DNA from: an uncultured Clostridia bacterium
GTDB taxonomy: Bacteria > Bacillota > Clostridia > Christensenellales > UBA1242
Assembly (NCBI GenBank): GCA_944377165.1
Contig: CALWEJ010000004.1
Coordinates: 8,369-72,368 of the forward strand
DNA: 64,000 nucleotides
Direction: 5' to 3'
Position 1 is the first letter of the stretch. Each line of letters starts with the position of its first letter. This document shows, one piece after another, positions 1-9,657 of the stretch. The translations under genes and the position numbers were made by a program. Below the pieces are notes generated by a model. It ran no database searches and was not told where the DNA came from. It saw nothing but the letters and a program-made list of their open reading frames with translations.

Positions 1-3
1 GGA

Positions 4-537
4 TTGATTTTTGACTTGATTGGTAGATGTTTAAAAAGAAAAAATCAAGTATTGATTTTTAATGTGATAGCTTCACTTTTTTATGTCTCGAGCTACTTGT
101 TTTTAACTAGTTGGCTAGCTGCAATAGCAAACGCATTAAATCTTATTAGAAATTTATGGTACATACACTTAACAAATTTAGGTAGTAGATATAATAAATT
201 CATTATTGCAATAATTAGTATAATGTCAATTTTTATATTAAGCCTATTCATATTTTGGAATAATAGTCTAGACTTAATACTTTTAGCATCTATGCTAATT
301 TCAACGATAGGATTTTCATTTAAAAATATGTTATATCTTAGGATTTTTATAATTATAAATAGTGCTTTATTCCTAACTTACAATTTTACGATACAAGGTT
401 ATGTAAATATGTTTTGTGATTTAATAGGAATAATGATTACTATAACTGCAATCATTATATATCATTTAATTCCTTATATAAAAAATAAAAAATTAAATAA
501 AATTTATAACAATGTCGATATAGAAGGCAAAATTTAA
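4..537 (+). CDS. Multi-pass inner-membrane protein, YgjV-like; probably truncated at the 5' window edge
   Basis: Open frame runs from the window edge. The product is a highly hydrophobic 177 aa with several predicted TM helices, and the pattern LIGRCLKRKNQVLIFNVIASLFY...ALNLIRNLWY resembles the YgjV family. Confidence 0.45.
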   Translation: MIFDLIGRCLKRKNQVLIFNVIASLFYVSSYLFLTSWLAAIANALNLIRNLWYIHLTNLGSRYNKFIIAIISIMSIFILSLFIFWNNSLDLILLASMLISTIGFSFKNMLYLRIFIIINSALFLTYNFTIQGYVNMFCDLIGIMITITAIIIYHLIPYIKNKKLNKIYNNVDIEGKI

Positions 538-644
538 AAGATATTAAGAATTTTTAATAAAATTTGATATTATTTGTTAAAAATAATTGACTTTTTTAAT
601 TTTTGTGATATTATTATTTGGTATGTGAATTAATCACATTCTAT

Positions 645-719
645 TGGGGTATCGCCAAGCGGTAAGGCACAAGACTTTGACTCTTGCACGCGGTAGTTCG
701 AATCTACCTACCCCAGCCA
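645..719 (+). tRNA. tRNA-Gln (anticodon UUG)
   Basis: Hand-folded cloverleaf. Acceptor tggggta/tacccca, anticodon arm caaga-cTTTGac-tcttg, T arm ggtag-ttcgaat-ctacc, encoded CCA. 75 nt. Confidence 0.9.
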
Positions 720-969
720 GACGATGTCCGTCATAAGTAGAGAGTGTACTGCAAAGATGGAACAAGTGCCCCACAAGACGAGTAAGACGAGAGTTAGAGA
801 TGAGGGACATAAGCAGTAGCTTAAAAGTAAAATTTTGTAAGTAGCAAAATTTTATTTTACTTTAATAAATAATCTTACTAGCAGATATGTGAAGTGAGAG
901 AAGGAGTGACCGACTAAAGAGCTGATTTGTAATTGAGTTTGAAATCGGTATAAAGTCGAGCCGCAACGT

Positions 970-1046
970 GGTGGCTATAGTTCAGTTGGTAGAGCGCCAG
1001 ATTGTGGATCTGGTTGTCGTGGGTTCGAGTCCCTCTAGCCACCCCA
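970..1046 (+). tRNA. tRNA-His (anticodon GUG) with G-1
   Basis: Acceptor gtggcta/tagccac with an extra 5' G opposite the C discriminator, as is typical of tRNA-His. Anticodon loop ttGTGga, T loop ttcgagt, encoded CCA. Confidence 0.9.
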
Positions 1047-1242
1047 TTAAGTCGTGCATAAGCACGATTTTTTTATGCTATAATTATGTTGATTGTATTA
1101 ATAAATATTAATTTTGTTAATTCTTTTCAAATATGTTTTTGAAATTAAATTAAAAATAAATTCAAATAAATATTGAAAATGATTTTAAGTTTAACGCAAT
1201 TATGATATAATAACTTTATTAATAAATCAATAGGGGTATTAT

Positions 1243-3603
1243 ATGGATAAATTTTCAACAAATGAATATTTAACGAAACTAGACGGATATTGGAGAGCTG
1301 CAAATTATCTTTCACTCGCACAATTATATTTACTAGACAATCCGTTAATGCGTGACCACGAGCTATGTATAGACGATATTAAGAAAAAACTCGTTGGACA
1401 TTGGGGGACAGTTCCCGGACAAAACTTTATTTATGCACATTGTAATCGTATAATCAACAAGTATGATTTAGATATGATATTGTTATCAGGGCCTGGGCAC
1501 GGTGGCAACTTTTTGACATCTAACTGTTATTTAGAGGGTACGTATAGCGAATATTATCCAAACATTTCGCGTGATAAGGAAGGTATGAAGCGCTTTTGTA
1601 AGCAATTTTCATTTCCGGGTGGGATTGGTTCGCATTGTGTTCCAGAAACTCCGGGCTCTATTCACGAGGGTGGAGAATTGGGTTATGTGTTAGCCCACGC
1701 GTATGGTGCGATTTTAGATAATCCGAATTTAATTTCAGTGGCGATTGTTGGTGACGGAGAAGCAGAGACTGGACCACTAGCGACATCGTGGCATAGCAAT
1801 AAATTCATAAATCCAAAGACAGACGGCGCAGTTTTACCAATTCTTCATTTGAATGGCTATAAAATTAGCAATCCGACAATTTTGTCGCGCTTAAGCAAGA
1901 AAGAATTGACCGATTTATTTAAAGGCTATGGATATAATCCACACTTTGTTGAAGGTAGTGATTATATGAAAATGCACGCACTTATGGCTAAAACTATGGA
2001 CGAATGTATTGAGGAGATTAAAGCTATTCAATCAATGGCGCGTGAAAATAAAACGTACGAGCGCAAGCCTTTCCCTATGATAATACTACGCACACCAAAG
2101 GGTTGGACAGGTCCAAAAGAAGTTGACGGAAAGCAAATTGAAGGAAGTTTCCGCGCACACCAAATTCCTGTCACAATGGATAAACCTGAGCATTTAGAAA
2201 TTTTAAAAAAATGGCTAAAATCTTATAAACCTGATGAATTGTTTGATAAAAATTATAGATTAAAACGTGAATATTTTAGCATTGTGCCAAAGCCTGAAAA
2301 GAGAATGTGCGCTAGCCCTTATGCTAACGGCGGAAGATTATTAAAACCGCTTAAGACTCCAAATATAGATGATTATGCGGTTAAATTTAAAGGTCACGGA
2401 ACGGTAAAAACACAAGATATGCTAGAGTTGGGCGCATACATTCGTGACATATTTAAACTCAATAAACGCAATAAAAATTATCGAATTTTTAGTCCAGACG
2501 AAGCAATGAGCAACCGATTATATAAGGCGTTTGAAGTTGAAAATCGTGACTTTAATGCGACAATTCTTCCTTCAGACGATAAGCTCTCACCGAATGGTAG
2601 AATAATGGATTCGTTTTTAAGTGAACACGCGTGTGAAGGTTGGCTAGAAGGCTACTTGCTTACAGGTAGGCACGGAATGTTTAATAGTTATGAAGCATTT
2701 ATACGAGTGGTAGATAGTATGGTTGCGCAACACGCAAAATGGTTAAAAGTCTGCAATGAAATCCCTTGGCGCGCACCTATATCTTCTCTAAACCTTATTC
2801 TGACTAGCAACGTTTGGCAACAAGACCACAATGGTTTCACTCATCAAGACCCGGGATTTTTAGACCATATGGCAAACAAAAAAGCGGACGTTGTTAGAAT
2901 ATATCTTCCAGCGGACGCAAACTGCTTACTTTCGTGCTACGACCATTGCGCAAATAGTAAAAATTATGTAAATTTAATAGTCGCTTCTAAGCACCCAACA
3001 TATCAATGGCTAACAATGAAAGAGGCAAAAGTTCATTGTAAGAAAGGGGCAAGTGAATGGAAGTGGGCTTCGGTCGGCGATAGCAAAAATCCAGACGTTG
3101 TAATAGCTTCGTGTGGAGATACAGCAACGATTGAGAGCCTTGCAACTGTAAGTTTAATTAAGAAATATTTACCAGAATTAAATGTAAAATTTGTAAATGT
3201 TGTTGACCTAATGAAATTAGTTTCGAGCGAATCGCACCCGCACGGTTTGACTGATAAAGAATATGATTCGTTATTCACAACTGATAAACCTATCTTGTTT
3301 AATTTCCACGGTTATCCTCAATTAATTCATATGTTAACATATAAGCGCCACAATCATAACAATATGCACGTGTCTGGATATATGGAAGAAGGCTCAATAA
3401 CAACTCCTTTTGATATGCGAGTTAGAAACCATATAGATAGATATCACCAAATTATAAAATTATTAAATTATATAAAAATTGACGATGATAGAAAGAATAA
3501 ATTAAGAACACTAATGGAAGAAAAATTAAAAGAACATAATGACTATATTGTTGAATATGGTGTAGATATGCCAGAGGTGGCAGACTGGAATTGGAATAAT
3601 TAA
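1243..3603 (+). CDS. xfp: Xylulose-5-phosphate/fructose-6-phosphate phosphoketolase
   Basis: 786-aa ORF of the right length, with characteristic XFP sequences (YWRAANYLS, GHWGT.PG, EGGELGY, GDGEAETGP, WQQDHNGFTHQDPGF). Confidence 0.93.
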   Translation: MDKFSTNEYLTKLDGYWRAANYLSLAQLYLLDNPLMRDHELCIDDIKKKLVGHWGTVPGQNFIYAHCNRIINKYDLDMILLSGPGHGGNFLTSNCYLEGTYSEYYPNISRDKEGMKRFCKQFSFPGGIGSHCVPETPGSIHEGGELGYVLAHAYGAILDNPNLISVAIVGDGEAETGPLATSWHSNKFINPKTDGAVLPILHLNGYKISNPTILSRLSKKELTDLFKGYGYNPHFVEGSDYMKMHALMAKTMDECIEEIKAIQSMARENKTYERKPFPMIILRTPKGWTGPKEVDGKQIEGSFRAHQIPVTMDKPEHLEILKKWLKSYKPDELFDKNYRLKREYFSIVPKPEKRMCASPYANGGRLLKPLKTPNIDDYAVKFKGHGTVKTQDMLELGAYIRDIFKLNKRNKNYRIFSPDEAMSNRLYKAFEVENRDFNATILPSDDKLSPNGRIMDSFLSEHACEGWLEGYLLTGRHGMFNSYEAFIRVVDSMVAQHAKWLKVCNEIPWRAPISSLNLILTSNVWQQDHNGFTHQDPGFLDHMANKKADVVRIYLPADANCLLSCYDHCANSKNYVNLIVASKHPTYQWLTMKEAKVHCKKGASEWKWASVGDSKNPDVVIASCGDTATIESLATVSLIKKYLPELNVKFVNVVDLMKLVSSESHPHGLTDKEYDSLFTTDKPILFNFHGYPQLIHMLTYKRHNHNNMHVSGYMEEGSITTPFDMRVRNHIDRYHQIIKLLNYIKIDDDRKNKLRTLMEEKLKEHNDYIVEYGVDMPEVADWNWNN

Positions 3604-3612
3604 TAAGAAAAA

Positions 3613-3643
3613 AACTACATTGAAATTCAATGTAGCTTTTTTT
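3613..3643 (+). terminator. Rho-independent terminator after xfp
   Basis: Inverted repeat actacattgaa/ttcaatgtag followed by a T-run, directly after the stop codon. Confidence 0.7.
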
Positions 3644-3931
3644 AACCAAATTATTTAATATAAAAATAAATGTTGTTAAAGTTATATTCAAAAAATTTAA
3701 AAAATTTTTAAAATTTTAACAAAAACAGTTAAATTTTCATTAAAAAGTTGTCGAATTTAATGATTTTTCTAATTTTTTATTAAAATTTCATTAAAAAACA
3801 AGCAATAAAAGCATATAAAAATTATTATAAAAAAGCCCTTTTTATATCTAATTTTAGTTTCAAAATTTTTGATATACAATAGATTATTTTCAGTTCTTAT
3901 ATCAATAATTCAAAAATGTTGTTTAAATAAA

Positions 3932-3953
3932 ATTGTATCTTAATGCATACAAT
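3932..3953. promoter_or_regulatory. Candidate MarR operator palindrome
   Basis: attgtat-N8-atacaat lies just upstream of and overlapping a TTGACA -35-like box (3958-3963) ahead of the MarR/ABC operon. Confidence 0.3.
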
Positions 3954-3992
3954 TTAGTTGACAACTCAACTTAAAATATATATCATATTAAT

Positions 3993-4421
3993 ATGAAGAA
4001 ATTATCTTTGAGTTTAGAATTAGAGAAGTCAATAATATCACTCATTAAGCGCATTACGAAAAAAGAAGATGAATTTTTGTCACAATATGGGCTTACTCAT
4101 TTTCACGCACTGTACTTAGGACATTTAAATTTATATGACGAGCTTACTATGGCTGAACTAACGAATATGATAGGTTTTGATAAAGCGAATACTACGCGTG
4201 TTGTTCGAGATTTGCTAAATAAGAATTACGTAGAAAAAACAGGAGGGGAAAGAAAATTCAAATTACATTTAACAAATTTAGGTAAAAATATTGCTAACGA
4301 TTTTAATAAAAAAATAAATATTTTTATGTCAAATGTTATGAAAAATTTTTCGCCTTTAGACCACGAGAATTTAGTCAATTTAATTGATAAATTAAAATTT
4401 GGAATAATAGCGAATACATAA
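3993..4421 (+). CDS. MarR-family transcriptional regulator
   Basis: 142 aa with a winged-helix core pattern (LT.AEL....G.DKANTTRVVRDLLNKNYVEK). Placed directly upstream of an ABC exporter. Confidence 0.8.
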   Translation: MKKLSLSLELEKSIISLIKRITKKEDEFLSQYGLTHFHALYLGHLNLYDELTMAELTNMIGFDKANTTRVVRDLLNKNYVEKTGGERKFKLHLTNLGKNIANDFNKKINIFMSNVMKNFSPLDHENLVNLIDKLKFGIIANT

Positions 4422-4430
4422 GGAGTAATT

Positions 4431-7034
4431 ATGTTAGAATTAAAATCAATCACCAAAGCTTACAAATTAAAAGAGCAATCAGTAATGGCGCTAGACGGAA
4501 TTAGTGTTTGTTTCCGCAGGAGTGAATTCGTATCGATTTTAGGGCCTAGCGGTTGCGGTAAGACTACACTTTTAAATATAATCGGTGGATTAGATAGATA
4601 TACGGACGGAGAGCTGATTATTGACGGTGTTTCAACAAAGAAATATAAAGATAAAGATTGGGACAATTATCGAAATCATCGCGTAGGTTTTGTCTTCCAA
4701 AACTACAACCTTATTCCGCACCAAACTGTATTGGAGAATGTTGAATTAGCGCTTACATTGTCAGGCATAAAAAGAAAAGAGAGAAAGGCGCGCGCAATAG
4801 AAGTGTTGAATATGGTTGGGTTAGGGGACAAACTTCGCTCGCGTCCTAATCAACTTTCTGGCGGACAGATGCAACGTGTAGCAATAGCGCGTGCGCTTGT
4901 AAATGACCCAGAGATAATACTAGCAGATGAACCGACAGGCGCGCTTGACAGTAAAACAAGTTTGCAGATAATGGAACTATTAAAGCAGGTGAGTAAAGAC
5001 CGCTTAGTGATTATGGTCACGCATAACCCTGAACTTGCAGAAAATTATTCGACACGTATTGTGCGCTTATTAGACGGGAAGTTAATTTCAGATTCGCTAC
5101 CATATAGTGAAGAGGAATCTAAAATTGAAGTTGAAGAGCATAATAAACTTTTAGAAGAACAAAAAGCGGAAAAAGATAATTTAAAGAATAGATTTGTAAA
5201 GACGGATAAGAAAAAATCAATGTCGCCACTCACTGCGCTTTCTCTTAGCTTGAAAAATCTTTTAACTAAAAAAGGCAGAACGACAATGGTTGCCTTTGCG
5301 GGAAGTATTGGCATTATAGGAATTGCGCTTATCTTATCAGTAAGCGCAGGTATGACTAATTACATAAATAATATGCAAGGAGAATCACTCGCGAATTATC
5401 CTGTCGCAATATCTACCGTTTCGTTAGATTTGAATAGTGCTATGGACGTTATTTCATCGGCAGGCTCTGGTAGTGAAAGTACTGCAGATGATAGTATAAA
5501 TGTCAATGACGAATCTACACAACTTATGCGAATGGGTAAAATAAATTATTTAGATTCAGATTTTGTTGAATACGTATATAATTATTATGAAGACGATAAT
5601 CACTCAGACGAAATTAACGCTTATTCAATAAGCTATGCCACTAATTTAAAACTAATAAGTCGCACGGAAAATACGGACACTAATGCAACAACTTATAAGA
5701 AAATATCTAGCAATTTATCGTTAGATATAACTTCTGGAACGTATAATTCGCTTTTCTTTGAAGGACTTAATAGCAAGTTTAACGATTACGTATTGTCTAT
5801 ATACGACGTTGTAGGCGGAGAGAATGCGCATTTCCCAACAAATAAAAATGAAGTAGCATTAGTAGTCAATTCTGGCACTGCTTCAAAATCACTTTTAGAC
5901 AGTTTAGATATAGCATACGAAACAGATAATGGAACAATTAAACCTATAAAGTATTCTAATATTATTGGTAAGACTTATCGACTTCTTCTAAATGACGGAT
6001 ATTATGATGAAACTGGTAAACCGTATGCAAGTTTTAGTGGAGATTTAGAGCAAGACACATTATCTAATCTATATAATAATTCGGACTCTACTAAATATGA
6101 AGACTTAACAATAAGTTGTATTCTTATTCAAAAAGACGATTCAGTCGGAACAATATTTAGTGACGGCATAATGTACACACACGAGCTCGCAGAATTTTAT
6201 CATAACGACGCGGTTAATTCTCAAGCCGTGGCAGGAGTTAAGGCAAAGTTCCTTGACGGCGAAGGCAACTTGTCAAATGGCGGGCTAGTTAATTTTGATG
6301 AACCTTATCTACTTAGTATAAGCGAATTGTCACTATTAGAAATTGACCCTGATATGTTTATATATGAAACTCCGATAGAGATGAAAACAGTTTTATCTAG
6401 TCCTATGTTTGATTTAAATATGACGGACAGCGATTTAATTGATTTTTATCTTCAAATGTATGGAGCAAGTCACGTACCTACGGGCATTTATATATACGCA
6501 AAGGATTTTGATTCTAAAGAGAGCATTACTGAAATGCTTGATAAGTGGAATAGTGACCCTGCTAATAGGGAAATTACATATAGCGACAACAGCGAATTTA
6601 TAACGAGCATATTAGGCGATTTGGTGAATATTATTTCGTATGTGTTGATTGCATTCGCTGCAATATCATTAGTGGTTTCTAGCATTATGATAGGAATTAT
6701 AACTTATACTTCAGTTATTGAAAGGACTAAAGAGATTGGTGTATTGCGAAGTATTGGTGCATCGAAGCGCGATGTTTCACGAGTATTCAATGCAGAAACA
6801 ATCATTATTGGCTTGCTTGCAGGTGTTATAGGAATAGTTGTCTCAGGATTATTCACAATTTTAATAAGTGTTATATTAAAATCATTAACAGGTATTGCGG
6901 GGCTAGCGACTATGGAAGTTTGGTCAAGTCTGATACTGATTGTCGTAAGTGTTGTATTGACATTTGTCGCGGGGTTAATTCCAGCACGCATTGCTTCTAA
7001 AAAAGACCCTGTCACAGCGCTTAGAAGCGAGTAG
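4431..7034 (+). CDS. Fused ABC transporter ATPase plus FtsX-type permease (MacB-like)
   Basis: Walker [10 protein letters not shown], signature LSGGQMQR, Walker [13 protein letters not shown] large extracytoplasmic middle region is followed by a C-terminal FtsX motif ([17 protein letters not shown]) and TM helices. Confidence 0.88.
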   Translation: MLELKSITKAYKLKEQSVMALDGISVCFRRSEFVSILGPSGCGKTTLLNIIGGLDRYTDGELIIDGVSTKKYKDKDWDNYRNHRVGFVFQNYNLIPHQTVLENVELALTLSGIKRKERKARAIEVLNMVGLGDKLRSRPNQLSGGQMQRVAIARALVNDPEIILADEPTGALDSKTSLQIMELLKQVSKDRLVIMVTHNPELAENYSTRIVRLLDGKLISDSLPYSEEESKIEVEEHNKLLEEQKAEKDNLKNRFVKTDKKKSMSPLTALSLSLKNLLTKKGRTTMVAFAGSIGIIGIALILSVSAGMTNYINNMQGESLANYPVAISTVSLDLNSAMDVISSAGSGSESTADDSINVNDESTQLMRMGKINYLDSDFVEYVYNYYEDDNHSDEINAYSISYATNLKLISRTENTDTNATTYKKISSNLSLDITSGTYNSLFFEGLNSKFNDYVLSIYDVVGGENAHFPTNKNEVALVVNSGTASKSLLDSLDIAYETDNGTIKPIKYSNIIGKTYRLLLNDGYYDETGKPYASFSGDLEQDTLSNLYNNSDSTKYEDLTISCILIQKDDSVGTIFSDGIMYTHELAEFYHNDAVNSQAVAGVKAKFLDGEGNLSNGGLVNFDEPYLLSISELSLLEIDPDMFIYETPIEMKTVLSSPMFDLNMTDSDLIDFYLQMYGASHVPTGIYIYAKDFDSKESITEMLDKWNSDPANREITYSDNSEFITSILGDLVNIISYVLIAFAAISLVVSSIMIGIITYTSVIERTKEIGVLRSIGASKRDVSRVFNAETIIIGLLAGVIGIVVSGLFTILISVILKSLTGIAGLATMEVWSSLILIVVSVVLTFVAGLIPARIASKKDPVTALRSE

Positions 7035-7258
7035 TTGATATTCTAAGTTATTTATTTGTAGAATGTAGTAATTTATAATTTCGATTTAATTTTAAAGATA
7101 ATTATGTAAAATATAAACACATAAATTAAATAAAATTGAAATTCATAAATAGTAAATAAATTATAAAAATTGTATTAAACAAAATAAAGAAATAAAGGAA
7201 TGAATTTTTCCTTTATTTTTTTGACAAAATATAATTAATTATTTATAATACATTCATT

Positions 7259-8560
7259 ATGAAAAAATATTATATATTGAGTTTACCACACGGCGGAAAG
7301 TTGTATTATGTAAAAAATAAGATTAGTAAGACAACCAAAGTTGATTTAGCATTTGATTGTGGTTCAAGGTGCGATACTATACCCGGACTTGCCCATTTTA
7401 CTGAGCATATGTTTTTCACTGGGACGGACGAGATGCCTAAAAAGCAACAGGTGGCGGACAAGTATTTTAGCTTCATAGGAGCGAACGCATATACTAACGC
7501 GTACAAAATTGCTTTTTCTGCGAACATATTTTCTAACGAGTTAGAAGATTATTTGAAGACGGTCGCAAATTTAATTACGCATAGCACTTTTTCTAATCAA
7601 TCAGTTAAAGAAGAAATTAAAGTTGTGCAACAAGAAATAGCTAATTACAAAGATGATAATAAAGAGATTTTAAGTTATATAGATGAATATAATATGTATA
7701 GAGAACCTGTATTTAAAAATACATTATTAGGTTCAGAAAAATCTGTTGCAACTATCAAAAGTAAAGATGTAAAGGAATTTGTAGCCAAATATTTTGTCGC
7801 AAACAACTTAGACGCGTTTATTGTGTCGCCACTACCTTTAAGGGAAGTAAAACGTATGGTAGAAAGAGAATTGTCAAACAAACTTCCTATTGATAACGAT
7901 TTCAAACGTCTTGAATACAATTTCATTGATATAAAAGACGACAATTTCTTTTCGATAACTAAGAAAAAACTTGGCAAAGCATATCTCATAATACATTTTA
8001 GCTTAAATAAAAATATGTATGACCGTGATTATCTTCGTAAATTAAGTCTAGTTATTGATATGATTAACGATTATTCACACGGTATGAATAAAAAACTTCG
8101 CCTTGATAAGAATTTAGTATATTATTCAAATATGAATTATTCTTCATTCAAAAATAGTGCGAATGTCACGTTCATAACAGAATGTGAAAACAAAAATGTT
8201 AATGAAGTTATATCGTCACTTTCAGAATACATTAAAGATACACTAAAAAACGGATTTACACAAGCAGAATTAGATAAAGTAAAACGTTATTTTGATTATA
8301 ATGATAAAAATAGTGAACCACGCACAAGCAAATTGCAAAATGGTTTATTATTTTATAAAAAATTTGGATTTATTGAAAAATATAGATTAATTAAAGAACT
8401 TGCTTTATCTACAACGCTTGATGAATGTAATACTATCTTTAAAGAGATTTTCACGTCGCCAAAAGTTAGTTTAACACTTATGAGCGACTTAGATAAAAAA
8501 TCAGTTATGAATAAAAAAGAATTTAATGAATTATTTAATAATTCTAGTTTAAGCGAGTAG
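7259..8560 (+). CDS. M16 (pitrilysin/insulinase) family zinc peptidase
   Basis: Inverted zinc motif HxxEH (HFTEH) near the N-terminus. The 433-aa size is typical of M16B. Confidence 0.75.
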   Translation: MKKYYILSLPHGGKLYYVKNKISKTTKVDLAFDCGSRCDTIPGLAHFTEHMFFTGTDEMPKKQQVADKYFSFIGANAYTNAYKIAFSANIFSNELEDYLKTVANLITHSTFSNQSVKEEIKVVQQEIANYKDDNKEILSYIDEYNMYREPVFKNTLLGSEKSVATIKSKDVKEFVAKYFVANNLDAFIVSPLPLREVKRMVERELSNKLPIDNDFKRLEYNFIDIKDDNFFSITKKKLGKAYLIIHFSLNKNMYDRDYLRKLSLVIDMINDYSHGMNKKLRLDKNLVYYSNMNYSSFKNSANVTFITECENKNVNEVISSLSEYIKDTLKNGFTQAELDKVKRYFDYNDKNSEPRTSKLQNGLLFYKKFGFIEKYRLIKELALSTTLDECNTIFKEIFTSPKVSLTLMSDLDKKSVMNKKEFNELFNNSSLSE

Positions 8561-8595
8561 TTAAGTTTGAAATAAATTGTTTTAATAAAGGATGA

Positions 8596-9363
8596 ATGAG
8601 AATGGAAACAATTAATAAATTTAGTAATGATGTATGTGAAGAAATAAAATATTATGTGTATAGGCTAGTTGATCCAACAAACGGGAATACATTTTATGTT
8701 GGGAAAGGAAAAGGGAATAGGGTATTTGCACATGCAAAAGGTGTAATAAAAAATTATAATGATATAAATTATTTTGACCAAGATGAAGATGATGAGTCAT
8801 TGAAAATAAAAACCATAAAAAATATTATAGATTCTGGTTTAGAAGTTATATACATCATACAACAATATGGTTTAACAGAAGAACAGGCATTTTGGATAGA
8901 AAGTGCATTGATTGATGCTTATTGTTTAGATAAACTTACTAATAAAATTAAAGGACATAGTTTTGGAGGATATGACTGTCCAATTAACGCAATTACACTA
9001 CAAAAAAACCATTCAATTAAAGAATATGAAGATGTATCCACTAATCCTAAGTATATTTTAATAAAGATTAAAAATTATTGGTTAAATGAGAGAAATGGCA
9101 ATGTCTATGAGACAGTTAGATCGGCGTGGAAGTTAAGTTTAGAAAAAGTAAAAAAATATAAATATGTACTAGCGGTTGTAGATGGTATTGTTAAAAAAGT
9201 ATTTGAAGTAGATAATTGGCATTATGCGAATGGAATTTCAGGAAGGGTAGAATTCGATGGTAAAGAAGCAAATGAATCAATTGCAAATATATTTTTAAAT
9301 AAAAGAATACCTGCAAGATTTAGAAAAAAGGGTCAAGCAAGTCCCGCTTTATATAGTGATTAA
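8596..9363 (+). CDS. GIY-YIG-like nuclease-domain protein with uncharacterised C-terminal domain
   Basis: N-terminal YYVYRLVDPTNGNTFYVGKGKGNRVFAH matches the GIY...YIG(K/R)G pattern of GIY-YIG family proteins. It has its own terminator. Confidence 0.55.
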   Translation: MRMETINKFSNDVCEEIKYYVYRLVDPTNGNTFYVGKGKGNRVFAHAKGVIKNYNDINYFDQDEDDESLKIKTIKNIIDSGLEVIYIIQQYGLTEEQAFWIESALIDAYCLDKLTNKIKGHSFGGYDCPINAITLQKNHSIKEYEDVSTNPKYILIKIKNYWLNERNGNVYETVRSAWKLSLEKVKKYKYVLAVVDGIVKKVFEVDNWHYANGISGRVEFDGKEANESIANIFLNKRIPARFRKKGQASPALYSD

Positions 9364-9473
9364 TGTAAAAAATATTTATTATCTTGATTAATAGATAAAA
9401 AATAGAGTGCAAGCTGAGTGCAAGCTCTATTTTTTTGTAAATTTGTCGAAAATAAAAAAGGTTTTATAAATAC

Positions 9474-9501
9474 TTGACATACAAAAAATTTTATGTATAA
9501 T
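9474..9501 (+). promoter_or_regulatory. Sigma-A type promoter for rnj with long leader
   Basis: TTGACA (9474-9479), a 16-nt spacer, then tgTATAAT (9494-9501). This leaves a ~150 nt untranslated leader before the rnj ATG. Confidence 0.55.
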
Positions 9502-9657
9502 TAAAATAGTTAGTTAATTAAGTGGCTGTTCACTTACCGATTTAATTTGAGCAAACTAGGTTTTTGCAAAATTTTGTGCGTGCAATACGCAATAACTACG
9601 GAATTAAAGGTTATGCCTTTTTAATAATTTACTAATTATAATTTTAAGGAGAAATAT

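Noticed and set aside
724-819. 31-codon ORF (MSVISRECTAKMEQVPHKTSKTRVRDEGHKQ) in the tRNA-Gln/tRNA-His spacer
   Set aside because: It has no Shine-Dalgarno sequence and starts 5 nt after a tRNA 3' end. An RNA-level explanation is more likely, so it is kept only as part of the spacer finding.
3033-3278. Numerous 60-150-aa antisense or off-frame ORFs inside long conserved genes (for example within xfp, the ABC transporter, rnj, feoB, der, dnaK, dnaJ and DAK2)
   Set aside because: They are embedded in genes with unambiguous conserved motifs, lack RBSs, and have low-complexity or hydrophobic compositions typical of shadow ORFs.
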